From positions 8,311 to 72,310 of the forward strand of contig JAFSAM010000058.1 in assembly GCA_017441005.1 (NCBI GenBank): 64,000 nucleotides of DNA, written 5' to 3'. Position numbers and translations under genes: made by a program. The number at the start of each line of letters is the position of its first letter. Within the stretch, counting starts at the first letter, position 1. This DNA comes from Clostridia bacterium (GTDB lineage Bacteria; Bacillota; Clostridia; Oscillospirales; CAG-272). Below are positions 61,303 through 64,000 of this stretch, piece after piece. Below the pieces are notes generated by a model. It did not search any database. It had not been told where the DNA came from and worked only from the letters and a program-made list of their open reading frames with translations.

Positions 61303-63711
61303 ATGCAGAACAGAAACAATGACTTACTTAATATTTTGAACGACACTTCATCAAGACTTTTCAGCTGTAATATTAATGAGTCGACAGAAAAACAGCTTTA
61401 TAAGACGGTGTGTACCGTTTTGCGCGAGATGCTTGCAAAGAAGAGAAAGGGCTTCCAGAAGGACGTTTCCTCTAAAGAGAAAAAGCAGGTATACTACATG
61501 TCTATGGAGTTCCTTGTCGGAACCTCGCTCAGAAACAATCTTTGCAACATCGGTATGGAAAAGGAATTCAAGGAGGTCTTAAAGGATCAGGGCTTTGACC
61601 TTGAAAAGCTTTATGAGCTTGACCCCGATGCCGGACTCGGCAACGGCGGTCTCGGCAGACTTGCTTCCTGCTATATGGATTCAGCAACAGGACTTGAGCT
61701 TCCCGTTACAGGCTTTTCCATCAGATACGAATTCGGTATATTCAAACAGAAGATAATTGACGGTTGGCAGATGGAATTCCCCGACAACTGGCTTGAAAGG
61801 GGCGACGTTTGGCTTCAGGCACGTCCCGATGAAAGCTACGAGGTCAAATTCGGCGGTCAGGTGAACGAATGGTTTGACAATGGTCAGTTCAAGGCAGTAC
61901 AGACCGGATACCAGAGTGTAATTGCCGTTCCGTACGATATGTATATTTCGGGATATGATTCCGATGCAGTAAATAAACTCGTTCTTTGGAGTGCAAATCT
62001 GCCCAGCTTCGATATGCGCGCGTTTTCAAGAGGAGAATATATGCGTTCTCTTGAACAGAACACGATGGCTGAGGTCATTTCAAAGGTGCTTTATCCTGCA
62101 GATAATCACATCGAGGGAAAGAGACTGCGTCTGAAGCAGCAGTATTTGCTTGTTTCTGCTTCTTTGCAGAGCATTATCGCAAAGCACATCAAAAAGTATT
62201 CTACACTCGATAATCTTTCAGATAAGGTATCGATCCATATCAACGATACCCACCCCGCACTTTGCGTTCCTGAACTTATGCGTTTGCTTCTCGATGATTA
62301 CGGATATAGCTGGGACAGAGCTTGGGAGATCACCTGCAAGACCTTGTCTTATACAAACCATACCGTGATGAGTGAGGCTCTTGAAAAGTGGAGTGAATGG
62401 CTCTTTAAGGAACAGCTTCCCAGAGTTTACTCAATCGTGCTGGAAATTAACAGAAGAATGACCGAGGAGCTGAACAGGGCATACCCCGGTGACTTCGCAA
62501 AGGTCAATTATATGCTTCCCATCGGTGACGGCGAGGTTCGTATGGCCAATCTCTGTCTTGCTTGCTGTCATAAGGTAAACGGTGTATCCAAGCTTCATAC
62601 GGAAATTCTTAAGAACAGTATCTTCAATGACTACTATAAACTTGATAACAGCAGATTTATCAACGTAACAAACGGTATTGCTTACAGAAGATGGCTTTGT
62701 CAGGCAAACCCCGGTCTTTCCGACTTTTTGACCGAAACGATCGGTGACGGATTCAAGAAGGATGCGAACGGACTTGAAAGATTGCTTGAATTTAAGAACG
62801 ATAAAAACGTTCTCGATGCTCTTGCAAAGATCAAGAGGGATAACAAACTCGCTCTTGCAAATTACATTGCAAACAAAAACGGCGTAAACGTCGATCCCGA
62901 TTCTATTTTCGATGTGCAGATCAAGAGACTCCACGAGTATAAGAGACAGCTTTTGAATGTTCTCCAGATACTCTATATGTATAATCAGATCAAGAATAAT
63001 CCAAATGCCGATTTTGTGCCCAGAACGTTTATTTTCGGTGCTAAGGCATCAGCCGGCTATGATCTCGCAAAGCAGATCATAAGCTTGATCTCCGCTGTAT
63101 CCGATCTTGTAAATAATGATCCTGTGATTAGAAACAGGATCAAGGTCGTATTCCTTGAGGATTACAGAGTGTCCCTGGCAGAAAAGATCATTCCCGCCGC
63201 AGAAATTTCCGAGCAGATATCCATCGCGGGTAAAGAGGCTTCGGGAACAGGTAATATGAAGCTTATGATAAACGGTGCTGTCACACTCGGCACTCTCGAT
63301 GGAGCAAACGTCGAGATCTTCGAACAGGTCGGTGATGATAACATCTTCCTATTCGGTATGAATGTTGACGAGGTTAAGGCGCTTTGGAACCGCGGATATA
63401 ACCCCAACGAATTTATTTCAAAGAACCCCGAATTGCGTCAGGTGATCAATATGCTTACCTCGGGTATACTCGGCAGACGTTTTGATGATGTCGCGGCTTC
63501 TCTCCTTACAAATAAGTTCGGTGTAGCCGATCAGTATATGACGATCGCAGATTTTGCCGATTACGTAAGGGCGCAGAAGTTTGTCTCGGAAGTATACAGT
63601 GATAAAGAAAAATTTATGAAAATGTCGCTTACAAATATTGCAAAGGCAGGTATATTCTCCGCGGACCGCTCTGTTTTAGAGTATGTGGATAAGATCTGGA
63701 ACATAAAATAA
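61303..63711 (+). CDS. glgP: Glycogen/maltodextrin phosphorylase
   Basis: GLGNGGLGRLA. PLP-lysine motif EASGTGNMKLMINGA. 802 aa. Confidence 0.93.
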   Translation: MQNRNNDLLNILNDTSSRLFSCNINESTEKQLYKTVCTVLREMLAKKRKGFQKDVSSKEKKQVYYMSMEFLVGTSLRNNLCNIGMEKEFKEVLKDQGFDLEKLYELDPDAGLGNGGLGRLASCYMDSATGLELPVTGFSIRYEFGIFKQKIIDGWQMEFPDNWLERGDVWLQARPDESYEVKFGGQVNEWFDNGQFKAVQTGYQSVIAVPYDMYISGYDSDAVNKLVLWSANLPSFDMRAFSRGEYMRSLEQNTMAEVISKVLYPADNHIEGKRLRLKQQYLLVSASLQSIIAKHIKKYSTLDNLSDKVSIHINDTHPALCVPELMRLLLDDYGYSWDRAWEITCKTLSYTNHTVMSEALEKWSEWLFKEQLPRVYSIVLEINRRMTEELNRAYPGDFAKVNYMLPIGDGEVRMANLCLACCHKVNGVSKLHTEILKNSIFNDYYKLDNSRFINVTNGIAYRRWLCQANPGLSDFLTETIGDGFKKDANGLERLLEFKNDKNVLDALAKIKRDNKLALANYIANKNGVNVDPDSIFDVQIKRLHEYKRQLLNVLQILYMYNQIKNNPNADFVPRTFIFGAKASAGYDLAKQIISLISAVSDLVNNDPVIRNRIKVVFLEDYRVSLAEKIIPAAEISEQISIAGKEASGTGNMKLMINGAVTLGTLDGANVEIFEQVGDDNIFLFGMNVDEVKALWNRGYNPNEFISKNPELRQVINMLTSGILGRRFDDVAASLLTNKFGVADQYMTIADFADYVRAQKFVSEVYSDKEKFMKMSLTNIAKAGIFSADRSVLEYVDKIWNIK

Positions 63712-64000
63712 TGCGTATTTTATTTGACAGTAAAGACACAAAATTTAAATCGAAGTTTGGCACCCTTTGTGAAAACGAAGGGTGCACGTTAAATATCCAT
63801 ATTCCTAAATCTTGCTTGACAAAGACTGTTAGAGTTATTTTTAACCGCGAAAATAACGATCCTTTTTGCGTTTACTATATGCAAAAAACAAGCGAGTACG
63901 ATGAATATGAAGTATACAGCTGTGATATTTCATTCGCTTCTTCGGGTCTATTGTTCTATTATTTTGATATAGAAACGCAAAACGAACGTTTTGCTCTGTA
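63711..64000 (+). CDS. N-terminal fragment of a probable GH13-type alpha-glucan hydrolase (runs off the right edge)
   Basis: ATG overlaps the glgP stop (TAATG). Open for 96 codons to the window end. MRILFDSKDTKFKSKFG...LLFYYFDI resembles the N-domain of neopullulanase/amylase-type enzymes. Glycogen operon context. Family assignment is tentative. Confidence 0.5.
   Translation, partial: MRILFDSKDTKFKSKFGTLCENEGCTLNIHIPKSCLTKTVRVIFNRENNDPFCVYYMQKTSEYDEYEVYSCDISFASSGLLFYYFDIETQNERFAL

Overview
This is a 64-kb chromosomal segment from a low-GC Firmicute of class Clostridia. The class call rests on gene content and order: nusB-xseA-xseB-ispA-tlyA-nadK-argR-recN, murB-rapZ-whiA-dnaE, glgC-glgD-glgA-glgP, and a split Na+-pumping oxaloacetate decarboxylase. 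A Ruminococcus/Oscillospiraceae-like source is only a guess. I call about 60 protein genes, two tRNA-Leu genes (CAG at 1232-1318, CAA at 17612-17698), one T-box leader upstream of asd, and many rho-independent terminators and sigma-A-type promoters. Housekeeping blocks: cdd, asd, hpf and aspA (13.3-17.5 kb); birA plus the oadG-BCCP-oadB-carboxyltransferase operon (20.4-24.6 kb); a complete 8-kb shikimate/Phe/Tyr operon (24.9-32.9 kb); the nusB-to-recN block (37.2-44.7 kb); murB, rapZ, whiA, dnaE and PBP1A (44.7-53.9 kb); and malQ with the glycogen genes (55.7-64 kb). Accessory or poorly understood blocks: (i) 1-5 kb, with tRNA-Leu(CAG) carrying an att-like 24-nt duplication of its 3' end, an ECF sigma/anti-sigma module, and lipoprotein genes bracketed by a duplicated promoter plus a truncated paralogue. 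(ii) 5-13.3 kb, a cell-surface/carbohydrate-type cluster in which two paralogous 389-aa cytoplasmic enzymes flank a beta-helix-like anchored surface protein. (iii) 17.7-20.3 kb, an islet after tRNA-Leu(CAA) with a four-helix-bundle gene, a pyrophosphatase-like gene carrying an in-frame stop, an XRE regulator and a zinc-ribbon membrane protein. This islet is framed by near-identical hairpins and by two unusual arrays of phased short repeats and mini-hairpins. (iv) 34.7-36.9 kb, an orphan PqqD (RRE) gene with a TM-less S24/S26 peptidase and a small membrane protein. I see no CRISPR array, rRNA, transposase, integrase or recognisable phage structural gene. My best candidates for something undescribed are the tRNA-Leu-associated hairpin/iteron arrays and the cassette they frame, the PqqD-peptidase module, and the paralogue-flanked surface-protein cluster. 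All functional calls come from reading motifs by eye; no searches were run.
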